A stretch of DNA of 64,000 bases from a virus: IMG/VR virus record IMGVR_UViG_3300032087_003621, positions 32,001 to 96,000 of that record. One strand, written 5' to 3'. A program made the translations under genes and the position numbers. The notes under the pieces were generated by a model that worked only from the letters and a program-made list of their open reading frames with translations, ran no database searches and was not told the DNA's origin. This document shows, piece after piece, positions 26,583 through 38,300 of the stretch. Each line of letters begins with the position of its first letter. The first letter of the stretch is position 1.

Positions 26583-27617
26583 ATGACAAGGCAAATTATT
26601 TTTACTGGCACAACAGCGAACGATGGAACAGGAGACACTCTCCGTGACGGCGCTGCTAAAATAAATGCCAATTTCCGAGAAATTTATGAGACTTTTGGGC
26701 CTGATGGATTAATCATTGGAACACAGGTAGATTTTGATAGTGCGACTATCAATTTTATTGATACTACGTTAACGTTTAAAACGAATGTTGGTGCTGTTGG
26801 GCCCACAGCAGACCGAACAATTAGATTTCCTGATTATTCTGCTTTGGTTGTTCTTGATTCAGCAACACAAACATTAACAAATAAAACTTTAGATTCTTGT
26901 TCTTATGGTGCATTATTAATTAATGACCTTAGTGCCGACCATCAATATAAAGTTTTACCATCTGAACTTGCAGCTAACACGACAATTACTCTGCCTGTGT
27001 TAACGAATAATGATACGTTTGTCTTCGCTGATGCGTCACAATCCTTGAAAAACAAATCGTTAGATTCGGATACTATAAGCAACGCCATTATTACTGATAC
27101 TGTTTGGGTAGATACAAATGGTAATGGTATATTAGAATTTTCGAAAGTAACTGGTTCACCAGTTAACTATTTGCAGTTAAGAAATTCTTTAACAAACAGT
27201 CCGGTAGATATTACGGCGGATGGTACAGATACCGATGTTAGTATACGTCTTTTACCAAAGGGTGCGGGTGCTGTAGAACTCAGTGGAAAAGTTATGTTTG
27301 GTGATGGACAGTTCAACACCCTAACGGCTGATGGTGGGGCTTTGCCTAGTAGCCAACCTGCTATATTTTTAAACACTACAACTGGAACTCCTCCTCATGC
27401 TTGGACATTGAGTGACGGAGATGAGAAGGGTGAAGTAATATACATAACAAATATATCTGGTGCCAACAATGTAGAAATCACTCCAACCAATTTCGGTCAG
27501 GGTACTAAGTTTACGTTGACTGGAGGAACAGGTTCGAGTCCGACAGTTGCTCACCTGATTTGGGACGGTAGCAATTGGTATGTAATCAACAAAAGTGATG
27601 TAACCATAACAGTATAA
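26583..27617 (+). CDS. Baseplate/fibre connector with gp9/gp10-type N-terminus
   Basis: GTTANDGTGDTLRDGAAKINANFREIY; QTLTNKT repeats. Confidence 0.75.
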   Translation: MTRQIIFTGTTANDGTGDTLRDGAAKINANFREIYETFGPDGLIIGTQVDFDSATINFIDTTLTFKTNVGAVGPTADRTIRFPDYSALVVLDSATQTLTNKTLDSCSYGALLINDLSADHQYKVLPSELAANTTITLPVLTNNDTFVFADASQSLKNKSLDSDTISNAIITDTVWVDTNGNGILEFSKVTGSPVNYLQLRNSLTNSPVDITADGTDTDVSIRLLPKGAGAVELSGKVMFGDGQFNTLTADGGALPSSQPAIFLNTTTGTPPHAWTLSDGDEKGEVIYITNISGANNVEITPTNFGQGTKFTLTGGTGSSPTVAHLIWDGSNWYVINKSDVTITV

Positions 27618-27634
27618 AATAAGGTTAAAAAGAA

Positions 27635-29077
27635 ATGACAGCAACAATAACTGATCAATTCAAACGAGAACTAACGGAAGAACTCCGACGAGATTATGAT
27701 TCTGGCGATAACTACTATATTGTTATTGGTAGGTCAGAACAATGGAATGCTACCGACACGGTTCCAGATGCTTCTCAAATTGATTATCTGCAATCACCCT
27801 CTTGGTCCAAATTAACCAGAAATGCTTTTCAAGCTTCGAAACTGGTTACCAAATTAAGTTATGTTATTCCCAGATACAACTGGACTTCAGGAACAATATA
27901 TCAGGGTTACAACGATAATCACACTGACCATGATGATGATTCAAGAAGATACTATGTTTTGAATGACCAGAATCAGGTTTATATGTGTCTAAGAGCTGGT
28001 GTTGCTGGTGGTGTTTTCGTTGACCCCAATACAGGGAAAGCATTGCCTAATGCTTCAATTTCAACTGTTCAACCTACTGGTGGATTAAACGGTGTTCCTT
28101 TTCAAACTGCTGATGGATATTTTTGGAAGTTCATGTATACCATTAGTGTTGCGGATACTGACAACTATGTCACATCAAAATTTATTCCCGTAAAGTTTAT
28201 TGACTCAGCTGGTCCAGATGATGCTGCAACGGATATTCAGCAAAAGGCAGTACAAGACCAGGCCAATCCAAAGGCAATCGTAGGTTTTCAGGTTTTGGAT
28301 GCTGGGGATGGTAGTTACACTTCACCACCCACAGTTCAGATTATAGGTAATGGTTCTGGTGCTGCGGGACGAGCACAAATAGATAACAACGGTTATTTAA
28401 TTAGTGTACAAATTGATAGTAATGGTGCTGGTACGGGTTGGCAATTTGGTACAGACTACGACTATGCGAACGTTTTGATTAACGGTGAAAAAAATGTTGT
28501 TCGTCCAATTTTTTCTCCTAAAAACGGGATTGGTGCTGACCCAACCGTTGATTTACGTGCTACTCAATTAATGTTCAATGTTCAGTTGGATGGTAATGAA
28601 AATGATACAATTATACCATTAAGGCCTGGATATACCACTTATTTTAGACAAATCTCTCTATTAAAAGACCCTACAACTACACTTAACGATAGTGATTATT
28701 TCACCGACCTATCGGGTAACAATCTTAGAGGGTTTACTTTAAGCAGCCCAAGTGGTGGTTCTTTTGGACCAAACGATTTTATCACTGGAGGAACAAGTGG
28801 TGCCTCTGCGGTTGTTGACCACTACTATGATAGTAGCGATGGTATTACTACCACAGGATATCTTTATTATCACCAAAACGATTCTACTGGATATGGTGCA
28901 TTTGTATTAAACGATACCATTACAAGAACTCAGGGTGGTCCTAATGGCGACATAGCCACCTTTATTACACCAGACATAGATAATTACTCCGGTGAGCTTT
29001 TGTATGTTGATAATCGTGGAGAAATCCCAAGAGACGATGAATCACGTCAAGATTTAAAGATAGTAATAACATTCTAA
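27635..29077 (+). CDS. gp8: Baseplate wedge subunit
   Basis: PRYNWTSG..Y, YYVLN...VY.CL, DGY.WKFMY, SGELLYVDNR. Confidence 0.9.
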   Translation: MTATITDQFKRELTEELRRDYDSGDNYYIVIGRSEQWNATDTVPDASQIDYLQSPSWSKLTRNAFQASKLVTKLSYVIPRYNWTSGTIYQGYNDNHTDHDDDSRRYYVLNDQNQVYMCLRAGVAGGVFVDPNTGKALPNASISTVQPTGGLNGVPFQTADGYFWKFMYTISVADTDNYVTSKFIPVKFIDSAGPDDAATDIQQKAVQDQANPKAIVGFQVLDAGDGSYTSPPTVQIIGNGSGAAGRAQIDNNGYLISVQIDSNGAGTGWQFGTDYDYANVLINGEKNVVRPIFSPKNGIGADPTVDLRATQLMFNVQLDGNENDTIIPLRPGYTTYFRQISLLKDPTTTLNDSDYFTDLSGNNLRGFTLSSPSGGSFGPNDFITGGTSGASAVVDHYYDSSDGITTTGYLYYHQNDSTGYGAFVLNDTITRTQGGPNGDIATFITPDIDNYSGELLYVDNRGEIPRDDESRQDLKIVITF

Positions 29078-29089
29078 GGATTATTAAAA

Positions 29090-32000
29090 ATGCCAACTAC
29101 TTATAATAGTAACATTGAGTATACCACGTATAAAGACGATTACGATGCTAAACGTGGTTATCATAAGGTATTGTTTAATTCTGGTAGAGCACTACAAGCT
29201 AGGGAATTAAATGAATTACAAACGATAATCCAGAAAGAAATCTCTAGACTGGGTGGGCATCTTTTCAAATCCGGTGCAGCAGTTAAGCCTGGCGGTATCA
29301 CCGTTAACAATAATTACGAATATGTTCGATTGGTTTCGTCTGCAAATACGACCAGTTCAAACCTAGTTGGCAAAACAATAACAGGTTTTACTTCACAAAT
29401 CACTGCTCAGGTTGTTCAGTTCGTTCCTGGCACAGATGATGTTGGGGACACGACTAACGTACCTACTATTTTCGTAAGATACAAAGACACCAATCCTACA
29501 ACTGACACATCAATTACCGCAACAGATAATTCAGGTAAAGGGGCTGTCAGATTTACTCCTGGCGAACCACTTGTTGTTACAGGTGGCGATGATGTTATTG
29601 TTGAGGCGTCTAATACTAATCCACTTATTTGGCCGGTAGGTTCAGGTAGTAAGGTTGGTGTTGGTGCTGGTCATTACTTTGTTTTGGGACACTTTGTAGA
29701 GGTTCCCAAACAAGCCGTAATTTTATCTAAGTACTTTACCGGATATACAGGTGAAATCGGTTTCGTTGTTTATCAAGATATTCTTACTTCGTCTGACAGT
29801 AATCTTCTATTCGATAATCAGGGTTCCACACCTAATCTAACATCACCTGGCGCTGACCGATATCGCATACGATTAAAGTTGGTGAAGAGAGAGGACACTT
29901 TACCTTCTGAAAATTACATATTCTTAGCACGTATTGCTAACGGTAAAGTTGCACAGGCCACTACTGGTTTAAACGAATATAATAAAATTAATGATGTTCT
30001 TGCACAAAGAACTTATGAAGAATCGGGTAATTACATTGCAGAACCTTACAAGATTCGTTTCGTCGAAATTGATTCTGCGGCAGCTGAAGATAGATTGTAT
30101 CTGGAAGTTTCTAAGGGTGTTGCGTATATTAATGGTTACAGAGCAGAAAACCCTGCACTGAAAAAATTAGTAATCCCCAAACCAACTGCTGCCGAATTAG
30201 TAGCGGGTGAAAATGTACCTGTAATTTATGACCGATATCTAAACGGTAATTCTACGGATAAGACAACTCATAGGGGTACACTGACTCTTAATTCTACGGT
30301 AAATCTCTACGATGGTACTGGCGGTACAGGTAACATCGTAGGTAAAGTGAAAGTGCGTTCAATCGAAAGGACCACGGGTTCTATCGGAAGTGTTAACTCG
30401 GTTACTAGAATTTATATTTCTAGTTCAGGTGATATTTCAGAGAGTATTAGAAACGCTAGAAGTATTGGCACTGGTCCAACTAATTATTTTCAATTAGTTC
30501 TGGAAGGTAATCCAGCACGTGCCCTAATCAAAGGTAATCAGAGAAATAAAGACCTTCTCTTTTCTTTGCCTAGGTCAAGACCATCTAACGTTGACCCACT
30601 TGATTACGATTATATTTTCCAACAAACATTTACAGCTGATGCTAGTGGAACAACCGTTGTAACTACTACAGACAACGATTACACTGATACATCTAGTTGG
30701 ATTATTACAAGTGAGGATTCGGGTTCAGTATCTTTTAACGCTGCACTAAACGTTAATGCTGACCAAGTAACAATCACTGGTTTAGACCTTGCTGGTACGT
30801 CATATACTATTACTGGTTATAAATCTATCACCAACGCCACTCCCAAAGAGAAAAAACCAGTTGAAACAACATCGACTGGTACAGTAGTTTCTGGTACACC
30901 TTATAATTTGGGACAGTATGATATTAAAACAGTTTCAGAGATTAAAGATAGTGCTAACGGTAATAGTATCTTTTCATATTTTACTTTGGATAATGGTCAG
31001 AGAGACAATCATTATGTTAAAGGAAGACTCTTACAGACCTTCCCTTACTCTGGTCCAATTTACGTAAAATATGAATATTGGAAGAGGGGTAGTACTGGTA
31101 ATTATTACTCAAAGAATTCTTATGTAGATAATACAACCATAGCTCCATTTATCAACATCACTTATAATGATATTCCATCATATAAGCCTAACTATGATGC
31201 GACTACTCGTTTATATAACGTTTTAGATTTTAGACCAGATTTTGATAGTGCTTCTGGTGTCTTAGAAAATGGAACAGAAAATTTCTACCTACCCAAGCGT
31301 TCAACACAAATCACGGGTGATATCAGTTACTACTTGCCTAGAGCAGATAAGTTGGTGATGTCACAAGAAGGTAAGTTGATGTACATTCGTGGTGTTCCCG
31401 ATAAAAATCCACAGTACAAGAAAACGCCTGATAAGTCATTAGAATTGTATAAGATTCTAATGAATGCAAACACTTTAACACCCGAAGATTTGTCGATTAC
31501 CAAAGTTGAATCGAAAAGATACACGATGAAAGACATTGGTAAGTTGGAAAAGAAACTTGATAGACTTGAAGAAGTAACGACTTTAAGTTTGTTAGAACTT
31601 GACACCAAAAATTTAAATCTTTTGGATGCTAATGGAAATGTTAGAACTAAGTCTGGTTTCTTTGTAGAGAATTTTAAAGACCAAACTCTTTCAGCTACTA
31701 AATCACAAGAGTATCGTGCTGCTTTAGATTTTCAGAGTAATACCGTTCGACCTACTTTTTCTTCTGACAATATTCGTTTGATTTGGGATAGTGTTAATTC
31801 TAGTGGCATTGTTAAAAAAGGTGACATGTTATATTTGGATTATACTGAAGTTGATTGGAAGTCTGTTGAAATTGCTTCACGTAACGAACCCGTTAACCCA
31901 TTCATTATTCAAATATTCAATGGACAAATGACTCTTTCTCCGAGTTCGGACGAGTGGAAAGATACAAAGTACAAAGCTCCAAAAATCATTCCTAATGGTA

Positions 32001-35000
32001 CTCGAATCGAGAACACTGATGTTGGGTTTATCTGGAATGAACACGAAACGAATTGGCAAGGGCAAAACCCCGATGATTTAGAAGTTGGTCAGGTTACTGG
32101 TGTAACATCTTCAGTCGCTGGTTCGGAGTCTAATGTTAATACGACTTCCACAACAACAGAAGGCGATGGCCTATTCATTGAAAATGTTACCACAGACATA
32201 ACAACTACAACTACTACAACGACTACTAAACACACGGTGACTAAAATTGTCGCTGAAGAAACGGTTGAAGAAGTGGTTGGTGATAGGATTGTACAGGTCT
32301 TTAGTATTCCTTGGATGCGTTCTAGAAAGGTTTATTTTAAAGCTGAAGGTATGCGTCCTAAGATTAGAGTATATCCTTTCTTCAATAGTAAGAACGTATC
32401 TAAGTGGTGTCGCCAAGAAAGTTTTGTTCGTTTCTCGGAAAGAACAGAAGATGATGGTAATCTGAATACTCAATACACACAACATCCTGATGGTCCAACT
32501 AGTTTGGTTACAAATGAGTTTGGTGAAGTTTCAGGTTCTTTCTTGATTCCAAGAAGAATTAATCCAGACTTGTATTACAAAACCATTCTCGGGTTAGAAG
32601 AATATGACCCACAACAAGACGTTGACCGTTTTCCTTGTGGTGCGTTAGAGTTTAAATTACTCGACATATCACAACCTTTGGATAAAGCGGCTACTTCTAA
32701 AGCTTTTTCGCTTTATACTGCACAAGGAACGTTGAACCAAAGGCAGAAAGATGTTTTAAGTACAAGAGTATTGTATGAAGCATCTTCCGATTTCTATAGT
32801 GAAAATACTCATGTTTCCACGACCTCTGCAACATCGTTGCAACAAAACGAAACTACAGCTGACCAGTTTACTGAACTACTGTCAAGTGTAGAGGAAATGC
32901 AAACAGAAATTGCTGACCTTGAAGACCAAGTTGATATCATTCAAGAAGAGTTGGATAGTTTAGAACTTACTCAAGTTAACAACACATTTATCACGAATAA
33001 TATCACAGAAAACATTACAAATTCTGTCACGAACAATTACATTGTTGAAGAGGCCCCAGTAATAACTGAAAACAGTGGTGTTGGTCAAGATACTGGTAAC
33101 GAAAACGATGATGGCATTGGGGCTATTGCTTCTGGTACTACTACGGTACAAGAAGTTGTTGTGGAACCAGCCTCAACGGTTCAGGTTACTTCTGCAAGTC
33201 AATCTGGTAGTGTTGCGGTCATTACATTTAATGTTGATAATAGTGGTGAAGCTGTTGTTGGTACAGCAAACTCTATTGACATTAACTATGAAGGTTCAGG
33301 AGAAAATGAAGTTGCAACCGTCATTCAAACAGATGGACAGTATGCCGAAAATTCAAACACAGTATTAGAACCGGGCGGTGGTACTGCGACAGGTACAGAT
33401 TATGAAGATGTGAAAGCACCAGCGGCTGCGCCTGCAACACAACCAACAGAAGCTGGGAATGTCGCTCCAGCTACTAACGCTACGACATCATATAACGTTG
33501 ATGAACCAGACAATACCAAGGTTCCTTCTATACAAAACACTGGTAAATTTGCGGATAGAGTGCCTGGTCTTGGATACGTTGACCCTATTGCACAAACCTT
33601 TATGGTTGATAATGAATATGGTGTTTTCATTACTAAAGTGGGTGTTTTCTTTGCGACTAAGGACCCAGAAATCCCCGTACAGGTTCAGATTAGACCTACG
33701 GTTAATGGTGCTCCATCATCTAGTAAAATTATTGCTAGTAAGTTTGTGGCCGCATCTCAGGTTCAGGTACCAGCGAGAGCGGACCAAAGAAATTTCTCAG
33801 TGGTTAAAACTAAAGAAACTGTATTTGAGTTTGAAGAACCGGTTTTCTTAAGTCCTTTCACTGAATATGCAATTTGTGTTATTGCTCCTAATACACCTTA
33901 TTATACTGTATATGTTTCAGAAATGGAACAGTTTGTTCTTGGTTCAACCGAGGAAAGAATTTTGACTCAACCTTCTTTAGGTTCATTCTTTAGGTCACAA
34001 AATTCACAGATTTGGGAACCAGACCAACAAGTAGATATGATGTATAAATTATATCGTGCACAATTCCGTTATGGTGGCAAGGCGCTATTCAGAAACGCTG
34101 ATGTGCCTAAAGAACTTTTGGACCCAGACCCCATTAATACAACAGCTGGTTCTACTGAAATTTATATTTCTCATTATGACCACGGTTTACGTGAAGGTGA
34201 TAAGGCAGAAATTTTAGGTCTTGATTCTGCTACACGTTATGGTGGTGGTTCTGGTATTCTTGGTTCTTCGATGATGACCATTAATGGTACTAGAAGAACA
34301 ATTACCAAAGCTGATGCGTTTGGTTATGCATTTGATGCCGACAGTACCGCAGCAACTACAAGTACGTTTGGTGGTACAGGAATCACTTCTGACCGAAACA
34401 TTCAGTTTAACGTTGCGAATCTAACAGTCGAAACGGCAAATCCGGATGTCACATCTGTATCAGCTGGATACAAATTTACAACGGGTAGTTCCATTGCCGG
34501 GGCCCAAGACATTGATTATGTTAAAGACACTAACTGGCAAAGAATCTCACCTAAAATTAACACTACTTTTGGTGCACCTAGAGTGATTGCTAATCGTTAT
34601 AATGAAAATTCTCAGTTGTCAGGATTGCGTTCTTGTGAAATCAAGGTTGACATGAAGAGTAGTCATGAATTTGTATCACCAATGCTCGACTTACAAAGAT
34701 GTTCGTTGACATTAATTGAAAACATTATTGACTTCCAAGATTCTGCTGACACTTCTGGAAATAAAAATATTCCTATCAGATTTACGTCTGAGACAGACCC
34801 ATACAGTGGTTCACACCCAGCGAAACATATCACGAAGCCAGTTACATTGGTTGAAGATGCTGTTGGACTCAAGGTTCTATATGCAGCGAATATTCCTGCG
34901 AATTCTGAAGTTGATTTGTACTATAGAACAGCGGTTGAAGGTGAAAATATCGTTGAGAAAAATTGGGTCTATGATGCTCCAGAAAATACTTTACCCACAG

Positions 35001-35164
35001 ATGAAAATCCAGCCATCTTCAGAGAATACACCAACCTGATTGGTGGTGAGGATGGTACATTAGATGCATTTACCGAATTCCAATTGAAGTTGGTATTCCG
35101 TTCTAAAAATTCATCTAAAGTTCCTGTGGTGAGAGATTTAAGAGCAATTGCTTTGGTAGATTAA
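29090..35164 (+). CDS. Large virion structural protein (VrlC/DUF4815-like)
   Basis: Y.DDYD...Y.KVLF..GR.LQARELN.LQ, PGADR, RTYEESGNY, RYTMKDIG.LE, DP.AQTF, DLRAIAL. Confidence 0.85.
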   Translation: MPTTYNSNIEYTTYKDDYDAKRGYHKVLFNSGRALQARELNELQTIIQKEISRLGGHLFKSGAAVKPGGITVNNNYEYVRLVSSANTTSSNLVGKTITGFTSQITAQVVQFVPGTDDVGDTTNVPTIFVRYKDTNPTTDTSITATDNSGKGAVRFTPGEPLVVTGGDDVIVEASNTNPLIWPVGSGSKVGVGAGHYFVLGHFVEVPKQAVILSKYFTGYTGEIGFVVYQDILTSSDSNLLFDNQGSTPNLTSPGADRYRIRLKLVKREDTLPSENYIFLARIANGKVAQATTGLNEYNKINDVLAQRTYEESGNYIAEPYKIRFVEIDSAAAEDRLYLEVSKGVAYINGYRAENPALKKLVIPKPTAAELVAGENVPVIYDRYLNGNSTDKTTHRGTLTLNSTVNLYDGTGGTGNIVGKVKVRSIERTTGSIGSVNSVTRIYISSSGDISESIRNARSIGTGPTNYFQLVLEGNPARALIKGNQRNKDLLFSLPRSRPSNVDPLDYDYIFQQTFTADASGTTVVTTTDNDYTDTSSWIITSEDSGSVSFNAALNVNADQVTITGLDLAGTSYTITGYKSITNATPKEKKPVETTSTGTVVSGTPYNLGQYDIKTVSEIKDSANGNSIFSYFTLDNGQRDNHYVKGRLLQTFPYSGPIYVKYEYWKRGSTGNYYSKNSYVDNTTIAPFINITYNDIPSYKPNYDATTRLYNVLDFRPDFDSASGVLENGTENFYLPKRSTQITGDISYYLPRADKLVMSQEGKLMYIRGVPDKNPQYKKTPDKSLELYKILMNANTLTPEDLSITKVESKRYTMKDIGKLEKKLDRLEEVTTLSLLELDTKNLNLLDANGNVRTKSGFFVENFKDQTLSATKSQEYRAALDFQSNTVRPTFSSDNIRLIWDSVNSSGIVKKGDMLYLDYTEVDWKSVEIASRNEPVNPFIIQIFNGQMTLSPSSDEWKDTKYKAPKIIPNGTRIENTDVGFIWNEHETNWQGQNPDDLEVGQVTGVTSSVAGSESNVNTTSTTTEGDGLFIENVTTDITTTTTTTTTKHTVTKIVAEETVEEVVGDRIVQVFSIPWMRSRKVYFKAEGMRPKIRVYPFFNSKNVSKWCRQESFVRFSERTEDDGNLNTQYTQHPDGPTSLVTNEFGEVSGSFLIPRRINPDLYYKTILGLEEYDPQQDVDRFPCGALEFKLLDISQPLDKAATSKAFSLYTAQGTLNQRQKDVLSTRVLYEASSDFYSENTHVSTTSATSLQQNETTADQFTELLSSVEEMQTEIADLEDQVDIIQEELDSLELTQVNNTFITNNITENITNSVTNNYIVEEAPVITENSGVGQDTGNENDDGIGAIASGTTTVQEVVVEPASTVQVTSASQSGSVAVITFNVDNSGEAVVGTANSIDINYEGSGENEVATVIQTDGQYAENSNTVLEPGGGTATGTDYEDVKAPAAAPATQPTEAGNVAPATNATTSYNVDEPDNTKVPSIQNTGKFADRVPGLGYVDPIAQTFMVDNEYGVFITKVGVFFATKDPEIPVQVQIRPTVNGAPSSSKIIASKFVAASQVQVPARADQRNFSVVKTKETVFEFEEPVFLSPFTEYAICVIAPNTPYYTVYVSEMEQFVLGSTEERILTQPSLGSFFRSQNSQIWEPDQQVDMMYKLYRAQFRYGGKALFRNADVPKELLDPDPINTTAGSTEIYISHYDHGLREGDKAEILGLDSATRYGGGSGILGSSMMTINGTRRTITKADAFGYAFDADSTAATTSTFGGTGITSDRNIQFNVANLTVETANPDVTSVSAGYKFTTGSSIAGAQDIDYVKDTNWQRISPKINTTFGAPRVIANRYNENSQLSGLRSCEIKVDMKSSHEFVSPMLDLQRCSLTLIENIIDFQDSADTSGNKNIPIRFTSETDPYSGSHPAKHITKPVTLVEDAVGLKVLYAANIPANSEVDLYYRTAVEGENIVEKNWVYDAPENTLPTDENPAIFREYTNLIGGEDGTLDAFTEFQLKLVFRSKNSSKVPVVRDLRAIALVD

Positions 35165-35165
35165 C

Positions 35166-35390
35166 GTGAAATTAGTAAAAGTAGATGGACACACGGGTCT
35201 CGGTAGAGACTCGAAAACAGGTGCAATCATTAATATAAATAAAAGAGAAGTTGAGACGGCTCGTGAAAGAAAGAGACGCCGTAAAGAGGCTCAAGAGGAA
35301 AAATTACAACTTGAGTCTAAGGTGGTCAATCTAGAGAATGATGTTGCCGATATCAAAGACATGTTAACCAAGATATTAGAGAAACTATAA
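35166..35390 (+). CDS. Small coiled-coil protein
   Basis: KV.GH..L.RD..TGAIIN...; GTG start; contains TATAAATA at 35234-35241. Confidence 0.75.
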   Translation: MKLVKVDGHTGLGRDSKTGAIININKREVETARERKRRRKEAQEEKLQLESKVVNLENDVADIKDMLTKILEKL

Positions 35391-38300
35391 TGGCAGACCC
35401 TTACGGATACGAACGTCCTACCCTAGTAGACCTTGGCGATAACGTCAACACTTTTCGTCGTAAAGTTAATCAAATTAGTGATGACCTTGGTGACAAGAGG
35501 CGTTTACTAACAGATGCTGGAACTTCACTTGCGTCTGATAGTGATATTGTCGGTAACCTAATCGAACTCGATTATCGTATTAACGAAACAAGTGGAGACT
35601 TGTATCTTCGTGCAAATGGCGGAAGTCTCTATATTCAAAACGGCAACACATCTACAATCGCGGCCGAGTTTTTATATGACAGTGCTGCAGGTACTTTAAG
35701 TTTAGTAACACCAATGTCTGGTGACTTCACCATCGATACAGTTGGTGATATTATTCTTGATGCTGACGGTAACGATATTCGATTTAAGAATGGTGGTGGT
35801 GGAGATGAAGTTGTCCACACATTAGCGAATGACGCTAATTATACCATTACTGCTCCCGCCGACTATCTTGTAGATGCTGTTGGTGATATCGACCTCGACG
35901 CTGGTGATTTAATTATTCGTTTCAAAGCGAATGGTACGACACACTTAACTCACACATTAGGTCCAACTAACTTTATCAATTCCGCACAGAGTTTAGTACG
36001 GAATATTTCAGGTGCGTTAACGGATTCGGCCTCAACTTCAATTTTAAGACTCTCTGGCACCACCACTACTGACACGGTTGGTACAGATTATGCTTTAGCA
36101 GCAGGTGGAAACTACACTGTAGATGTTGATGGGTCTATTGCAGATTCAGCGGCCTCTATTTCAAGAACCACTACTACTACAATTTCTGATACTTCCGGAA
36201 CAACTTATACGGTAGTTGCGGGAACAAATATTTCACAGACTTCAACTGCTGGGTCTACCACTCACGTGTCTGGTACCACAACGACCCATACTGTCGGTAC
36301 CGATTACGCTCTAACAGCTGGCGGAAACTATACGGTTGATGTCGATGGTGCTATCGCAGATTCAGCGGGTACAACAATCTCCAGAACTGCTGGTACGAAT
36401 ATTACTGATACGGCTTCTACTGGTTCTTATGCATTAAACACTGGAACTACCCTTGAACAAACCGCTGGGTCTTCTATTACACAAACTTCTACCACTACAT
36501 TTGACCAAGTATCAGGTGGAAACTTTACGACAACGGTAACCGGCAATGCTCTTGTAGATGCATCCGGCGACATCACTTTATCAGCGGATGGTAATGACAT
36601 TGTATTCGACAATGGAGCTGGAGGTGACACAGTCACTCATACCTTAACAGATTCTGGTGATTATACCGTTGCTCAAAGTGGAACAGGCGACTACACCGTT
36701 GATGTTGGTGGAGATATTATCTTAGATGCTGCTGGTGACAATATCGTATTTAAAGATGATGGTAGTACAAGAATAACCTATACTCTTGGCGCCACAACTG
36801 ATATTGCCATGGCTGGTAGTTTAACAACTAACGTTGCGGGTTCAATTACGGATTCTGCTGGAACAACCTATGCAGTTGTTGCAGGAACTTCTATTACTCA
36901 AACTGCCGGTACGACATTTAACCAAGTATCAGGCGGTAACTTTACGACAACTGTTACAGGCGATGTTCTTGTAGACGCTTCAGGCACTATTACTTTAGAT
37001 GCTGATGGTAATGATGTCATCTTTAAGAATGGTGCTGGTGGTGATACTGTCACTCACACATTAGCTGACAACGCAGACTATACAATTATAGCACCCGATG
37101 ATGTTGTCATCGATGCGGTTGGTAATATTACCCTTGATGCTGATGCCAATAATATCTTCTTCAGAGATGGTAGTGTGGCTCGAGTACAGTATGCGTTAGG
37201 TACAAGCAATGTAGAGACATGGAATGGTAACCTCACTCGTAATGTGAGTGCTGCACTAGTTGATTCAGCTGGGACTTCTATAACCACTGTATCGGGCACA
37301 ACCACTACACACACGGTTGGCACTAATTACAATTTAACGGCTGGTGGTAATTCTGTTGTCAATATCACTGGGTCTATCGATGAAGACGCTGGTACAACTA
37401 TCGACAGAACTGCTGGTACAAATATTACTGATACTGCGTCTACTGGTTCATATACTTTAACAGCAGATACAAACATTAGTCAAACTGCTACCACGGGAAC
37501 AATTACCCAAACTTCTGGTACAACATTTACGCAAACGTCTGGTGGTGCATTCACACAAACGTTAGGGGGTAATCTTACCACTAACGTTACAGGTAATATT
37601 CTAATTGACGCCTCTGGACAATATAATTTATCGACAGATACTACTATTAAAGATTCTGCTGGGACTGCTCACACAACGGTTGCGGGTACTCAGATTGTTA
37701 GAACTTCAGGGTCAAGTACCACAGACACGGTTGGAACTGACTATACACTCACCGCTGAAAACAATATTAACCAAACATCAACCTCTGGTACCATTACACA
37801 AACTTCTGGTACAACGTTTGACCAAGTGTCAGGTGGGAACTTTACGACTACGGTAACAGGTGATTTCACGGTTGATGCTTCTGGTATAATTGTATTAGAT
37901 ACGGAAAGTGATACTATTACATTTAAAGATGGTAGTGCTGGTCATTCTGTGACTCACGTGTTTAATCCTGCGAATGGTGATTACACGGTTAGTGCACCAA
38001 GAGACTATACACTTGATATTGCCGGTGATATTATCCTTGACGCTGACGGTGGAGATATCTTCTTCAAGGATGCCGGTACAACGAACTATCAGTTTGCAAC
38101 GGACGGTACCATATCACGAACAGGTGATGTGGCACTCGATGTAACTGGTGATATTACTTTAGATGCTGCCGGAGACAACATTGTCTTTGCGGATGCAGGA
38201 AGTACACGCATCACGTATACGTTAGACGCAACCACAGATATGGCCCTTACAGGCAGTTTGACGCATACTATCGGTGGTGATTATACTGAAAATGTAACGG

